DNA of 64,000 nucleotides, from the NCBI GenBank assembly GCA_964016885.1, contig OZ024749.1, positions 32,674,001 through 32,738,000 on the forward strand, read 5' to 3'. A model generated the notes under the pieces. That model saw nothing but the letters and a program-made list of their open reading frames with translations, searched no databases and was not told the origin of the DNA. The DNA comes from Eledone cirrhosa (Eukaryota). Positions within the stretch are counted from its first letter, which is position 1. Each line of letters begins with the position of its first letter. Positions 13,715-27,749 of this stretch are shown one piece after another. A program made the position numbers and the translations under genes.

Positions 13715-15000
13715 ATCATCATCATCATCGTTTAACGTCCATATTCCACGCTTGCATGGGTTTGGATGGGAGTTATTCCCACTTGAGGCAAGAGTGGTTG
13801 TCTTGCTCGCATAGGACTATCTGGCGGGTTTTCTACGGATGGATGCCCTTCCTAACACCAACCACATTTACAGTGTGGAACTGGGAGGTTTTTACCATGT
13901 TACCTACACAGCCACATTACAGCGTGGACTGTGTTTTTTTGTCGTGACACCTACACGACCTCATTTGTTTCGGGCTGGATGTTGTGGTACCAACATAACT
14001 TTACATTGAAGGGGTGGTGTGGATGGGGTGGGGGTAGTGGGATGGGGGTGTATTTTGTTAGAGGTGCCTACTGACTGTAGTAGGTTTCACTTTGTACTTA
14101 GGTAAGGCGGGTCTTCTCTATTACTGTGTAGCGCCAAAGATCTCGGTCCAGTGACATTGTCTTGGAGAGGTGTAAGTGTGTGAGGTCGGAATTTATCAAG
14201 TCGTCCCAGGTTTTTCTGGGTCTGCCTACTCCGTGGCTACCGTCTATTTTTATTGCCCTGCACTTTTTTATACAGCTGTCGTCTTTCATGCGCATCACGT
14301 GACCATACCAACGTAGTCTTCTCTCGAGTAAACAACATCTGATCCCTCTTATTTCTAATTTTTCCCTTAGTTCGTTTATGCTTTGCCGTTCACGTATATT
14401 ACTATTACACATCCAGCGGAGCATGCAAGCTTCGTTCCTCTCCAGTCTGCGTATATCCTCTGCACACAATGCCCAGGTCTCACTGCCATGTAACATTGCT
14501 GTTCGTATGCAGGCATCATACAGCCTGCCTTTCATTTTTAGGGAGAACCCTTTAGCGGCTAATAGTGGTATAAGCTCTCTGAACTTTTTCCATCCAGTTC
14601 TGTCTCTAGCTACTGTACTTTCAGAGCACCCTCCCCCCACTGCTGATTTTGTCACCCAGGTAACGGAAGCTGTCCACTATTTCTATAGAACCATCTGTGC
14701 AATGGAATGAGCTAGTATTCTGTGGGCACTTGCTGCTACTTATTGCACCAGAGCACCGGCCACATATAAAATCTATGTTCTTAGTTAGCTTACCTGTGAT
14801 CCCACATCTTTTATGCACCCATACTTTGCATTTGGGACATAAAATGGAGTTTCTACCTACTCCTTTCCTACACACTGAGCATGGCCATTTCCCGGATGGG
14901 ACCGGTGCCCTAATTTCCTTCCTACAAACTAGAACTTTAGTCTTAGCCAGGTTAATTTTAAGGTTTTTGATTCTAGGCCATGCTTCCATGTTTGGAATTT
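13715..15000 (-). mobile_element. second near-identical RTE LINE 3' copy in tandem
   Basis: parallels 11600-12810; intact (GAT)n tail at ~13715-13730. Confidence 0.92.
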
Positions 15001-15002
15001 CT

Positions 15003-15034
<32 letters not shown>

Positions 15035-17199
15035 GTGTAATGACATAAAAACATACAAAAAAAGAGAACAAAAAATAGGCAACAAAACTCATGCAAACAC
15101 ATATACACTCACACATACAAACATATACAAACACCATATACACACTCATGCATACAAACACAAATGCACACACTATACATTATAATATAATGTAAAGTTA
15201 TTGGTGATAGGAAGGGTGTCCAGCCATAGAAAGCTTGCCAAAAAAAGCGTTGGGAGGACTCTTTAGTTGTGTCAAGGACATGGACAGCCTCCCTAGTGTT
15301 GGCGATCTACACAATAAAAGCACCCAGTACACACTGTAAAGTGGTTGGAGATAGGAAAGGTATCCAGCTATAGAAAGGTTGCCAAACAAAGGGTTAGGAG
15401 GACCCTTCAGATAGTGTCAAAAGACAACTTCTCATGTGCAGTTGATAAGACCGTACATAAGTGGGATGCAGACCCCCCTAAGCCTGTCTGGGAGATCAGT
15501 AGCCCTGCTTCAGTACTAACTTGGTCTATGTAGACCCGTCCAACCCTTGCTTGCAGAAAAAGTGGACATTAAATGACAATGACAACGATGATGATGATGA
15601 TGATAAATACCAGAACATGTGAAATGAATTCTGCCATGAAAAATAAACTGAGAACATGAAATAAGTATGAATAAGGAGGTGCACATACAATCATTGATAA
15701 AGTCACAGGGTGTGACTGAAGAACTTTGACAAACCAATTAATCAACTGCTTGATGAACTAATAACATAACTTTTTAATAAAACTGAAAAAATAACTAGAG
15801 CATGTGTTTTTGATTGGTAGTATAGACTAACCAAAGTACAAAAATCCTTGATTATTATCACATGCTAAAGGAAGGATGTCCAGAGGATGCGAGTACTGTT
15901 TTGATTTGCCCCCTATAAAGAATGCTAATGGCTCTTTTTTGGTGAGTTAATAGGCACATTTTGGTGAGGTAATGGCTACTTTTAGATGGGTTAATGGCTA
16001 CTTTGTGGTGAGTTAAAGGGTACAATTTGGTGGGTTAATAGGTACTTTTTGGTTTACAAGGCTCCAATACAAAGAATGGATGGCAGATATCTTATCTTGC
16101 CTAAATTCGTGGTTCTCATTTGTATATCAGTGGAATCCTTAAATGTTTTTGTATGGACTTTTCTTAAATAATATCTTGTTTATGTTTTCTCCATAGTTAT
16201 CTATTTATTATATTAGTCATATCAACTATTGTACTGTTATACTGGTTTCAGTCATTAGACTGTGGCCATACCGCAGCACCACCTTGATTTAGTTGATTAT
16301 ATCAACCCCAGAACTTTTTTTTTTTAAGTCAGATACTTATTGATCTCATTTTTTTTTGAGACTGCTAATGTTACAGGACATAAACACATACCAGATACAC
16401 ACACACACACACATATACATATATAGACACACACATGCATATCCATAGAGAGAGACAGACACACACATATATATATATATAAACAGACAGAGACACATAT
16501 ACATGGGTACACACACATATATATATATGACAGGCTTTAGCAGTTTCCGTTTACCAAATTCCACTTACAAGGCATTAGTCAACCCAAGGCTATAGTAGAA
16601 CACACTTGCCTAAGGAGGCATACAACAGGACTGAACCCAAAACCAACTGGTCAAAGAAAACACTTTAACCACTCAGCCATTTATCTGTATTTTGTCTGAC
16701 TCACACCAAACATGGTTTTGTTCACCTTAACACCTACTAGTTTTAAACTTAAGTAATTGTATGTATGAATAATAATGATGATGATGAGGTATGTAATTTA
16801 TCTTGGTGGATAAAAGGAAATTATTATTATCATTATTTTTATAGTCTGGAAAAAATATATTTACATAAAATTTATTTACAAAAGCAGGTCATGCGATCAT
16901 GTAAGCCTTCATTATTCATGACATATTCACCTGACAGACACTTTAGAAACATTATTTCTTGGAAATTCTTCTTACAAAATATTAATCTATATTTTAACGG
17001 AGTAAAAATAGAAGGAAATTTATTATTGAAAGATTTAAATAAAGTCCTCTAATCCAACATGAAAACTGGTTTTACCAGATTTCATTTGGTATATGAATGT
17101 TAGTAAAACAGTAAATGAAATGGATAGGGGTAGGTGTGGTGGGGTTGAATAGTGTTATTAATGTTGATATTGCAGTAGCAGGTTTACTACTACTTTTTC

Positions 17200-17630
17200 T
17201 TCTCCCACTTATTCCAGAGAGGGTCGTGGGGTGAAGAGTCCTCAAACCCTCCTTCCAGTATGTCCTGTCAGAAGCAACCATCTCCAACTGATCCAGCAGG
17301 ATCCCCAAACAGAACTAGCCAAGCTCATGGATGTTGTCCAACCATCTTGCTCAGGGTCTATTGGTTTGCCCATAAAATCTGTCCAGCAATTCTTTCCCGA
17401 TACATTCTAACCACATGCCCATAGTAGCGGAGCTATGATCTCTTAATTAGGAGAAGTAGCAGCTCTACCTTGTGTGACTCGCTGATCTGCAAACTATGCA
17501 CTCTATTGAATAACGTTACTCCAAAGACCCTTTGGAGGAACCCCCTTTCGGCCACTTGTATTCGCAACTGTACTCTTTCGGTCATTACCCAAGATTCGTG
17601 ACCATAGGTAAGGGTTGGCATGAACACCAA
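17200..17630 (-). mobile_element. RTE LINE 3' fragment
   Basis: PTLTYGHESW...LRYYGHVVRM. Confidence 0.8.
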
Positions 17631-19139
17631 ATAGAATATAGCAAGTTTACTGAATAGTAGAATTGTATCAATCTAACTAGACAGTAAAAAGAAAAGTCAA
17701 AACCCAGCTTAATCCTTTCATTACCATATTTTTAATAAAACACATTACCTATGATTTTCAAATAATTTTGAAAATAAGAAATAATTTGGAGATATTTAGT
17801 AAAATAAATAACTTTTTCATTATTGAGCTGATGTTTGGAACACAACTTAAAGGTTTTTAGATGAAATAATGATAGAAGGTATTGAGAGTATCTTTGTTTT
17901 TAGATATATACACCATAACCATGTATGTAATAAAATGTTTGACATCAAGAAGGGCTGTAAAACATTTTCTCAAAAACATCCCATCCAACTTATGTTGGTG
18001 TGGAAAAGGAGACATCAAAACGATGACGATAATGATGATGATGATAAAACCATACAAAATAAGTAGTTTTAGGCAGTTAGGAAAGACAGTAATTCGAATG
18101 AGAAGATGATAGAAGAGTGAATCAATTGTGATAATGTTATTGAATTTTATTAAAACAAATAAGAGTGACAGTGAAGATGAAATGTTTCCACTTGAATGAA
18201 TTTCTGAATAGAAATTGGTTTGAATTTACAACACCAACAACATTACAGAACATAGATGTTTCTCTAAGAGACAGCTTGTCTAGAAAAATGCCTGAAAGTT
18301 TTAAATAATGTAAGTATTATGTCCCTTTCTTCATTTCCATGTAATCTTTAACACTTTAGCATTCACATTACTCTATATATACTATTATATTTTCGTGGTA
18401 AAGGCTTCATCTTACATAATTATCTCACATGATATCGAATCTACGAGATTTTGATGTTATTTTTTCTGAGAACACTACCTTAACATCAACATGAGTGGCT
18501 GGTTACAGCTGGTTTAAACAGAAAAAGGTGAGAGAATTCTGGCCGGATATGGCTAGTTTAAATGCTTAAAGGTTAAAGTAATTACATAAGTCTAAAACAG
18601 TAAGTTGAAATCTTCGGACATTTATTATAACTAAGAACCACAGTTTAGCAACATTCTCCAGCTAGATCAGATGTTTTATCTCTTCTAAGATGGAGAAGTT
18701 CTCTACATTCTTATAGTCTCTTCTCTGAAGACAAACACAACTGAGTGTTTGTGGTTAGGAGAAACATGATGGGGGATGACCGGATGGAAAGAGTATGGAT
18801 ATGAAAATGGTAGTGAATGTGATGGGATGCAAAGAGATGTATTGAACCTCATAGCCATGGATATGAAAATAGTATTGAATGTGATGGGTTGGAAAGATAT
18901 GTATTGAACCTCATAGCTATGAATATGAAAATGGTGGTAGATGTGATGGGGTGAAAAGATATGTATTGAACCTCATAGCCACTACCAATAACCAATAACA
19001 TGTTAGTTAGTGATAATGGGTATATGGTTAAACAGGAAAGGAACATGAGCAACGTGATGAAATAGCAATAGGGACGAGATTGTATCTCTAAGAAACTTTA
19101 ATGAGAAAAAACAGTGAATGTGTACTTGGTGGTGGACTA

Positions 19140-19505
19140 TAAGTTTAGGTTCATAAAAGAAAGATTTCTCACATTAAAGGTTTGTCTCTCCGGTGTGTAT
19201 TTCTAAGTGACCATTAGTGATAAATCCTCTTTATTAGTACTCTATCTCTCCTTCTTTAGAGAAGGGATGGGGGTCTGCTAGGTTTAAAATGTCCAAGAAA
19301 TGCCATATGTTACTACAGTGCCTCTACAACTCCACCACGAGTAACAGCTCCATAGTGACATTAGTGATAAACAACTTCCCAGATATTTCAACATAAGGTT
19401 TTTCTTCAGTGTGACTACATTTGTGAAAGATTCCCATATATTTCACAATGATAGGGGTTTTCTTCAGTGTGTATTAGTTTATGTTTTGTTAAGTTAGTGC
19501 ATCAC
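19140..19505 (-). pseudogene. decayed C2H2 zinc-finger fragment in AP-3 sigma intron 5
   Basis: NLTKHKLIHTEENPYHCEI and HLEIHTGE.. linker-like remnants with stops and frameshifts. Confidence 0.65.
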
Positions 19506-19645
19506 AGCACATACACAGCAAAACAGTCACAAAGTTAATAGCTTGCTCTCTATAATTACTCTATTATGTGTTCCAGCCAACATGCTGAGGCCATGCTGGG
19601 GCACCCACAATATTTCTTTTAAAACAAATATGACATAGAACTTAC

Positions 19646-19753
19646 CTCAGTTTTTTCCAGTTTGTTTTGTTCATCTATTCTCGTGAGAATTTCAGACATG
19701 TTAGTTTCCAGTACCATTCCACCCATGACTAATTCAGACAGAATATAATGTAC
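19646..19753 (-). CDS. AP3S1: AP-3 sigma coding exon 5
   Basis: VHYILSELVMGGMVLETNMSEILTRIDEQNKLEKTE between AG and GTAAGT; 108 nt. Confidence 0.96.
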
Positions 19754-20582
19754 CTATCAAAAGACAAAGTCACATTTTATCGATATTGTTTCAATTTTTT
19801 GTATAGCTACAATTGATTATTCATGAAAAACTATCAACACAAAAAGATGTTTAAAAGTAATTTTGATTAGCTCTTCTAAAAATAAACTAAGATTGATTTA
19901 TACATTCTGTAAGTTTTTCTTTAAAAAAATCTATTAAAATTTTGTTTTTGTATTTATTTTGCAAGATTCTTAACATGAAATCATGTATTGAAGAAGACAC
20001 TTATACTTTGGTAGATTTATGTTGCCAAGTTTTATTTTTCGTCAAGTAACTAATCCATTCTTCGGTTAGTTAGGGTACTTTTTGTTGTGTCGCCATCATG
20101 ACCACATTGCCGTGTATGCTGGATTTTTTTTCTTGTGTTGCCATCACGACCACTTTACAGTGTGGGATGTGCGCTTTTTGTTGTGTTGTCATCACAACCA
20201 CTTTACTGTGTAGGCTGGAGGCTTCACTCAATGTATACTTAAGCCTGCCATTATATATATATATATACTTATATGGAGGCACATGGCTTAGTGGTTAGAG
20301 CATTGGCCTTGCAATCGACTGGGTGATGTGTTGTTTCCTTGAGCAAGACACTTTATTTCACATTGCTCCAGTTTACTCAGCTGTAGAAATGAGATGATAG
20401 GGACTGGGGTCCATATCATTCCACTGCAAAGTGGTCGTGGAGGTGCCACAGCAAAAAAGCACCCAGCACTCACTGTAAATGAGGTTGGTGTTAGGAAGTG
20501 CATCCAGCTGTAGAAATCAAGCCAGAATCAGTTTCCGTCCCACCCTTGCAAGCAGGGAAAAGCGGACGTAAAATGATGATGA

Positions 20583-20613
<31 letters not shown>

Positions 20614-20615
20614 CT

Positions 20616-20649
<34 letters not shown>

Positions 20650-21031
20650 GGGATGTGAGAGTAATAAACTGTAAGGAAGTAAAGAGTCTTTGACTCCAAA
20701 TGACATCCTGATACATAAACTGCCTGCCTTGAGTATTTTAAACCTGCTGGAGTTCATTCCTCTCCAGGTCTGAATGCAGCTAATTTCTTTGAGAGAAAGA
20801 GAAAGAGAGATAGAAGAAACAGGTACTGTATTTATCAACCTTGAAAAAATGAAAGGCGGACTTGATTTCAACAGGATTTGAACACAGAATGGAGTGAATC
20901 AAAACAAATATCAAGGCATTTTTAATTCAATTTCCTAGTGACTTTGCTAATTTGCTGCCTCAATAAACAGTACCATTAACTAATAAAGTTTCAATAAATT
21001 ATGATGACATTGAAAATGTAAAAAAACTTAC

Positions 21032-21103
21032 CTTATCAACATGAAAAATTAAATCTAACTCACAGACATTTTCAAAACACTTGTCCAACGTTTCAACAAA
21101 TAC
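21032..21103 (-). CDS. AP3S1: AP-3 sigma coding exon 4
   Basis: poly-T+AG acceptor, VFVETLDKCFENVCELDLIFHVDK, GTAAGT donor; 72 nt. Confidence 0.97.
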
Positions 21104-21356
21104 CTAAAAAAAAAAAAAAATGTTATAAACATTTACTCTATTTTTCCATGCTAGCATGGGTTGGCATGATGATTTGAGACAATGTTTGAGACAGATATAG
21201 CGACCAACACTTTTAGTTGCCTCTTACAACATGCAAATATATAGTGTATCTAGTCTAAAACATGGAAACTGTACTGAAAAAAGAAATAATCTGATTCACT
21301 TTATTGACAGATTCTATCTTTAATGATTCTTCTTGCTTTTGAACAAGAACTGTCTC

Positions 21357-22068
21357 TTTGGACAAAGTACGCCTCTAAAATTGTCAAGAAGACCGAGGGT
21401 GTCTTAGCATCACTCAGCAAGACCTTTGTCATCCGCTCTCCAGCTATCTATTTAAAGCTGCACATGACTATGGTGCGGCCACACTTAGAATTTGCATCAC
21501 CAGTCTGGAACCCCTATCTTGCTCAGAACATTGACCGCCTGGAAACTGTTCAGAGACGTGCAACCAAGCAAATACCCTCTATCAGGCATCTACCATACTC
21601 TGAACGCCTTGCTTCCCTGGGCATGGATACATTGAAGCTCCGACGTCTGGCAACTGACTTGGTAAACAAATACCCACAAAATTATTAACCATCTTGCCAA
21701 CAACAACCCTGAGTACCTTTTTGATTTCCATGTGTCTAACACACGTGGGCATGCCCACAAAGTCAGAAAACAGCACAGTTCCCACGACTTTTGGAAAAAT
21801 CTTTTCACGCTTAGAGTTGCTGAAGCATGGAACAAACTACTTGCATCAGTTGTTAGCTGTCGAAACACTGCATCCTTTAAAACCTCCATGCTTCCTGAGA
21901 TTCGCCAACACTACCCCTAATATTCCCCCTCCATACACATACACACATGTATATCATGACTCATACACTATTCACTTCCCTGACATTTGTATATTATTCT
22001 ATGTACTATACATGCACCTTTGACGAGTTGTAGTGCACCTGAGCACTTTACACAATAATTTTATTATT
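21357..22068 (+). mobile_element. CR1-type LINE 3' fragment
   Basis: VRPHLEFASPVWNP, VQRRATK, TRGHAHK; same family as 7180-8600. Confidence 0.9.
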
Positions 22069-22121
22069 AAAGGCATCAGCTGATAAAAATTTTTAAATCC
22101 ACATTAGACCATTTTACTCAC

Positions 22122-22233
22122 CTGAATTAGATCCAAAATACCAAGTTCACTTTCTGACGAATCAACACAGAACACGAAGTATAAAGTTGCATAGTGCCGA
22201 TATATAAGTTTGAAATCTGCACCACCTATCAAC
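22122..22233 (-). CDS. AP3S1: AP-3 sigma coding exon 3
   Basis: TTTTAG acceptor, LIGGADFKLIYRHYATLYFVFCVDSSESELGILDLIQ, GTGAGT donor; 112 nt, phase 2-0. Confidence 0.97.
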
Positions 22234-22309
22234 CTAAAATATAAAGATGTGTAATGTTTATATAAGTTGTGTAGCGTTTATAAAAGATGTGTAGTGTTTA
22301 TATAAAGAT

Positions 22310-22715
22310 GTGTGTGTGTTGCTATATGGAAGTAAAACATGGACGCTTGCATCCAAACAACAAAAGCACCTTGATGCCACTTACACTCGCCTGCTTCAGC
22401 GCATTCAGAACATAAGCTGGCAACATCTGCCTTTGAGAGAGAGATATATGCCGGCCTTGCACGCATATCTGTCGTTGCACGTAAGAAGAGAGTAAAATTT
22501 GCTGGCCACTGCCATCGTGCCACCTACGAGGCTGTGTTCCCATTAGTGCTTTGGAAACCACAAGCAGTCACTAATAACAGGGGGTGCAAGCTCTCCTACT
22601 CTGATGTCATCTCCAGAGATTCTGGTGCTGAAATCCAGGACTTGGCAATGAACAACAGACCCACATGGAGATCAATTGTTGAGTCCATTTCGGCCGAGGC
22701 CCCTGGATGATGATA
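22310..22715 (+). mobile_element. RTE-like LINE 3' fragment
   Basis: VLLYGSKTWTL...YTRLLQRIQNISW, FAGHCHR, TGATGA tail. Confidence 0.75.
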
Positions 22716-23281
22716 TATGTTGTGTAGTGTTTATATAAGATGTGTAGTGTCTATATAAGTTTCAAGCATCTATATGTTAAGATACATGGTAAAAACATTT
22801 GAAATACCTTGAACTGTTAGCAAGTCATGGAATATCTGGTGTTTGTGAGCAGCTAATATATATGAGGGTGGTGGTTGCTTTTAATATGTCATACAGGTTG
22901 TGAGAGAATTACTGCATATACTCAAATATAAGCCCCCAACCTATTTTGTGTCTTGGAAATGGGCAAAAATCACAAAATAACGTTTATAAGCCATTATGTT
23001 TCACATCCATCGAAGCATATTTACTTCATTTCTCTCTAGTCCTTGCATATCCTCAGCATTTACTGCTAGTCATGAAATTCATTATGAGCTCAAGAAGTAT
23101 ATCAAAAGAAAATATCCTAACTTTTCTTTTCGTTTTTGAATATATTGCAAATCCTGACTAAATTTAAAACTGCTATTTATCGCTAGAATATATCAAGTGA
23201 GCCATTCTTCTACACTAAACTTTGGAACAGGAACCATGCTAACAAGTTCTGAAAAATTGTTATAAAGCTATAGTTACTTAC

Positions 23282-23373
23282 GTGCCACCTTCAAGGAAGT
23301 TACAAACATTGTCATCTCTTTTAGATACAAGATGGAAAGTTTCTCTAATAATCTGCTGTTGGACATCTTCAGG
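23282..23373 (-). CDS. AP3S1: AP-3 sigma coding exon 2
   Basis: CAG acceptor, PEDVQQQIIRETFHLVSKRDDNVCNFLEGG, GTAAGT donor; 92 nt, phase 0-2. Confidence 0.96.
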
Positions 23374-25489
23374 CTGTTTGAGGAAACAGAATTTTACTTT
23401 TTCTTAGTTTAAAAAAATAAAATTAAAAACATTAAAAAATAAAAAATTCTATACTGTCAAGATTCAATAATGGAATTCCAATTCCTTGGCAAATATCATC
23501 ATCATCACTGTTTAACACCTTTTTTCCACGCTACAATGAGTTAGATGAGTTGTTCAGATGTGAGCCAAGCCAGAGCAGATAACTCACAATGGACCAATTT
23601 TGGTTTGGTTTCTATGGCTGGATGCTTTTCCTAATGCTAACCACATTTACAGTGTGTACTGGGGGAGCTTTTACCGTGGCACCAAAATGGCCACTTTACA
23701 GTGTGGTCTAGGTGCTTTTTTATTGTGACAGCTACACGACCACTTTAGTGTGGACTGGGTGCTTTTTATATCATCATCATTATTTAACGTCTATTGTCCA
23801 TGCTTTACATAGGTTAGACAGTTTAGATGACCATGCCTGGCTCATACAATTTGATTTTGGTTGTTTTATTACTAGATACTCTTCCTAATGTCAACCATAT
23901 TACATGTATTGAGAGCTTTTTCATAGCAATACATATGTGTGTGAGTGTGTTTGTGCATGTACATATATAACCCTCCAATAGCATAGAGAGGGCTCTTTAC
24001 TCAAACAATGACTGCCACCCAGTACATTATGTAAAGTGGTTGGTGTTAGGAAGGGCTTCCAACCATAGAAACAAAGCCAATGGGTTGAGAGGACATTTCA
24101 GTCATGACACAGCAACCGCTCTAGTGCTGGTGACATGAAAAATACACTCAATACACTCTGTATGGAAGTTGGTGAAAGGAAGGGCATCCAGGCAAAGGAA
24201 CAGTGCCAAACAAAGTGTTGGCGCCACACACCCAATACACTCTTTGAAGTGATAGGTGATAGTTAACACATTCGTGTCAAAGACATGGCAACCTCCTTAA
24301 TGCTGGTGCCATAGTAAAATGCACCCACAGCACTCTGTATAGTGTGAGAACGTATGTAAGCAAGATATATCCTCTACCCCAATAAATAGCAACGATTAAG
24401 TACTGACGTGGCTTATAACGACCCATGCAATGAATACGAAGTTAAATGATGATGATTACACATACATAATGCACACGTATGCATCATCATTTAACGTCCA
24501 TTCCCCCAGTGTGTGTGTGTGTACACACACACATGCTTTTGCAGACATAGAAATATAGACAGAAAAATGAAAGGCTACATATATGTATTTGACCTAAACT
24601 ATCGGAGAGTAGAAGGCAAGTAGTTGGGTATTAATTATATGCAAATAGACACAAGGAGTGAATGGAGAGAACATACGTACACAGAGACAGAAAAAATGGA
24701 TCGGAAATGTGAGATATGGAGCAGCATTGAGAGAAGGGAAGAGGTGAGATTTTGAAACAGCTGGAGATAGATTAGAAATATCATGTGAATGGAGAGCAGC
24801 TGAACAAATAAGAAACTGTATAAAATATTCTTGTATGTTGAAGAGGGGAAATATTTTAGGGATGTTTCGTTTTAGGTAAGTAAAATTCAAAGCAATATAC
24901 AGTGAAGGTGAATGAAGTGTAGCAGGCTTTTTTTTTATTGTAAATATTCACCTCTTGAACTCTTTTCTTTCTTTTTAATCAATAAACTGAAATATATATC
25001 TGAACATTATTACATTATTTTCTGAATGATTTATTTGTGAAGTCTTTTTCGATACCAAAGTGTTTGCAGTCAACCGCCGTTTAGTAAAACATAATCTCAA
25101 CATGACCGTGTAGACGGATACGAGTTCCAGGAAAAAAAAGAATCTTGTCTAAGGTTCCGATGAGATTTACTCATTTTACTCAGATTAACTTTATAAATGG
25201 GATTTTCCGTTGACATTAATTCACATTCATTCTATTGACTGCGAAACATACTTGATTTTAAAGTAGAATATATTGATGTATTCACAATCACTATAGATTA
25301 ATATTCTGGGAGTATATTTATATTTATAGGAATTATTAAAAGTTATTTAAGTATATAGAGACACATCACATTAAACGTTATTTAAGTATAAGACATCACA
25401 TTAAAATGGTTAATTCAGAATTTCAACTTCAGTTTTAGAAAAGTGGGAGGTAACCAGACGGCACAACTAAAGTTAATGTATTTACTCAC

Positions 25490-25558
25490 ATAAAACTGGA
25501 AGAATTTAGATAGTCTCGGTTTTCCGTGATTATTAAATACTAATATTGCCTTAATCAT
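25490..25558 (-). CDS. AP3S1: AP-3 complex subunit sigma, coding exon 1
   Basis: ATG at 25558; MIKAILVFNNHGKPRLSKFFQFY then GTGAGT donor; 69 nt, phase 0; matches the AP3 sigma N-terminus as I recall it. Confidence 0.96.
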
Positions 25559-25710
25559 AATTTCACCAAAAAATATCAGGCAGTGATAAATGTTATCGTT
25601 CCATTCTTAGATTTACGTTGACGACAACAATAATGGCGGAATAAGGCTCGACGACAGAATTGTCTCAAGTTGTCGAACTTGGGGCTTCGTCCGAACAAAG
25701 TATTTTAGGC
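25559..25710 (-). promoter_or_regulatory. probable 5'UTR/promoter of the AP-3 sigma gene
   Basis: locally CpG-rich stretch just upstream of the ATG in otherwise CpG-poor DNA; AATGGCGG (YY1-like) at ~25632. Confidence 0.45.
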
Positions 25711-25755
25711 TGACACACACACACCGTCTCTCTCTTATTCTGATTATATATATAA

Positions 25756-25792
<37 letters not shown>

Positions 25793-26248
25793 CATATGTA
25801 TATACATATATATATATATATATATAATCATATATATAAATATATATATATAATCATATATACATATATTTATATTTATACACACACACACATATATATA
25901 TAGAGAAAGAGAGAGTGAGAGAGAGAGAGGAGGAGGGGGTGGAGTTTGCAGTGCTGAGACCGGGAAGACCACTAACCATGGAAGTACTCAATACATGGGG
26001 AGATGCAAGCTGATACCACTTTGTATTTTACATATTTCTCTCTCTCTCTCTCTCTCTTCTATATATATATAGGGAGAAGAGAGAGAGAAATATGTAAAAT
26101 ACCAAGTGGTATCAGCTTGCATCTCCCCATGTATTGAGTTAGTGGTCTCCTCGGCCGCACTTTAGTACTCATTCAATCTATGAAGACCTGTCCAATCTTT
26201 CCTTGCAGAGAAAGTGGATGTATATAAATATATATGTAGTTATATTCA

Positions 26249-26294
<46 letters not shown>

Positions 26295-27368
26295 TAAAGT
26301 GAGGCCACTGACCTCCCAGACTGAGACCGGTGATTCTACCATGTGTATGTTATCGTGGCACCAGCAAAGAGAGGTTGCAGTGACTTTGACACAACTGAAG
26401 GGTTCTCCCAACCCTTTATTCAGCAAGCTTTCTATGAAAGGATGCCTTTATCACCAACCACTTTAAAGCATGTACTGGGTGCATTTATCATGTCAACCAA
26501 CAACTGAAGGGTCCTCTCAATCACTCTTTTTTCTCTTTAGGCATGGTTTCTACAGTGGAGTGCCCTTCCTGTTGCCAACCACCTTACAGAGTGTACCAGG
26601 TGCATTTCGTGGCACCAACATTAGAGAGGTTGTTGGTGTTTATCCTAATGAAAGAGCCTTCTCTGCACTGTGGGTGATAGAAGGGAGGTAAGTATGAAGT
26701 TACGGTAGATATGGTGTGATTTGATAGGGTGATGAGTGGGGAAGGGGATGCAATGATGAGAACACTGAAGTGGTGGAAATGGGGGCTTCATGGATGTTTG
26801 TTTTGGTTATTAGCTCTAGGGTGGGGATGGCACTCACCAGGGCTGAGAAGGGGAAATTTAATGATGGAGAGAATAGCTTAGGAGTGATATTGGAGGGTGC
26901 AGGGGTGGGGGTGAATAGGGGTGAAGAGAGTAGGTACCAGGGTACAACAATGAAAGTATCTAGGGACTTTTGAGGAGGTAGCAGCTATGGAGTAAATGCT
27001 GGAATAGCCATGATGGATGGTGTGATGGGTGTGTAGTGATGGTGAGGATAGCTGCTAGGGAGTGTTAGTGGAAAGAATGGAAAAGTCAGGTCACATTGTA
27101 TGCTGTTGTTTGGGTTTGATGGGTAACCAAACAGTCAGCATAGCTAGAACTATCTATGCAGATAGCCATGTCACTTATTCTATCTTTACACATGCCCTCC
27201 AAACTTCTCTATAATTCATTAGTCTTCTAAGCTCTTGAGTCCCCATTTTCTCACAATAGTAAGAGATGGGAAGAGACGGAGGCAGTGACAGTGAGAGTTT
27301 GGTTTCTTTTGTGTTCGGACCTGGTGTACATTTAAATATAATTGTTTTATATTTCATCATTGACGTTT

Positions 27369-27404
<36 letters not shown>

Positions 27405-27749
27405 TATGTATGCAAATAAACACTAAAAATCCACTCTTTTATCTTCCAGCAGGTTATCAATATAATTTCTTTTCATTCTACCACAGAACAAGATCGCTTG
27501 CTATCTCCTATGGTGACAAACACAATGATCTGCAAGTTTTATTCTCCTTTACCCTATCTTTTCTGTTATTAGTAGAAATTGCTGATACAATTCTCTGCTG
27601 GTCAGTTTCTATTTCCATGTAACATTAAGTACCATGTATAACATTCCTGTAGAGCAGACATCAGACATCAATTTTTGTTTCTAGTTGCTTTGTTATGCTC
27701 CATGTATTTCATCCTTACAACAGAACAGACTCCATTGTTGCAATAAAAC

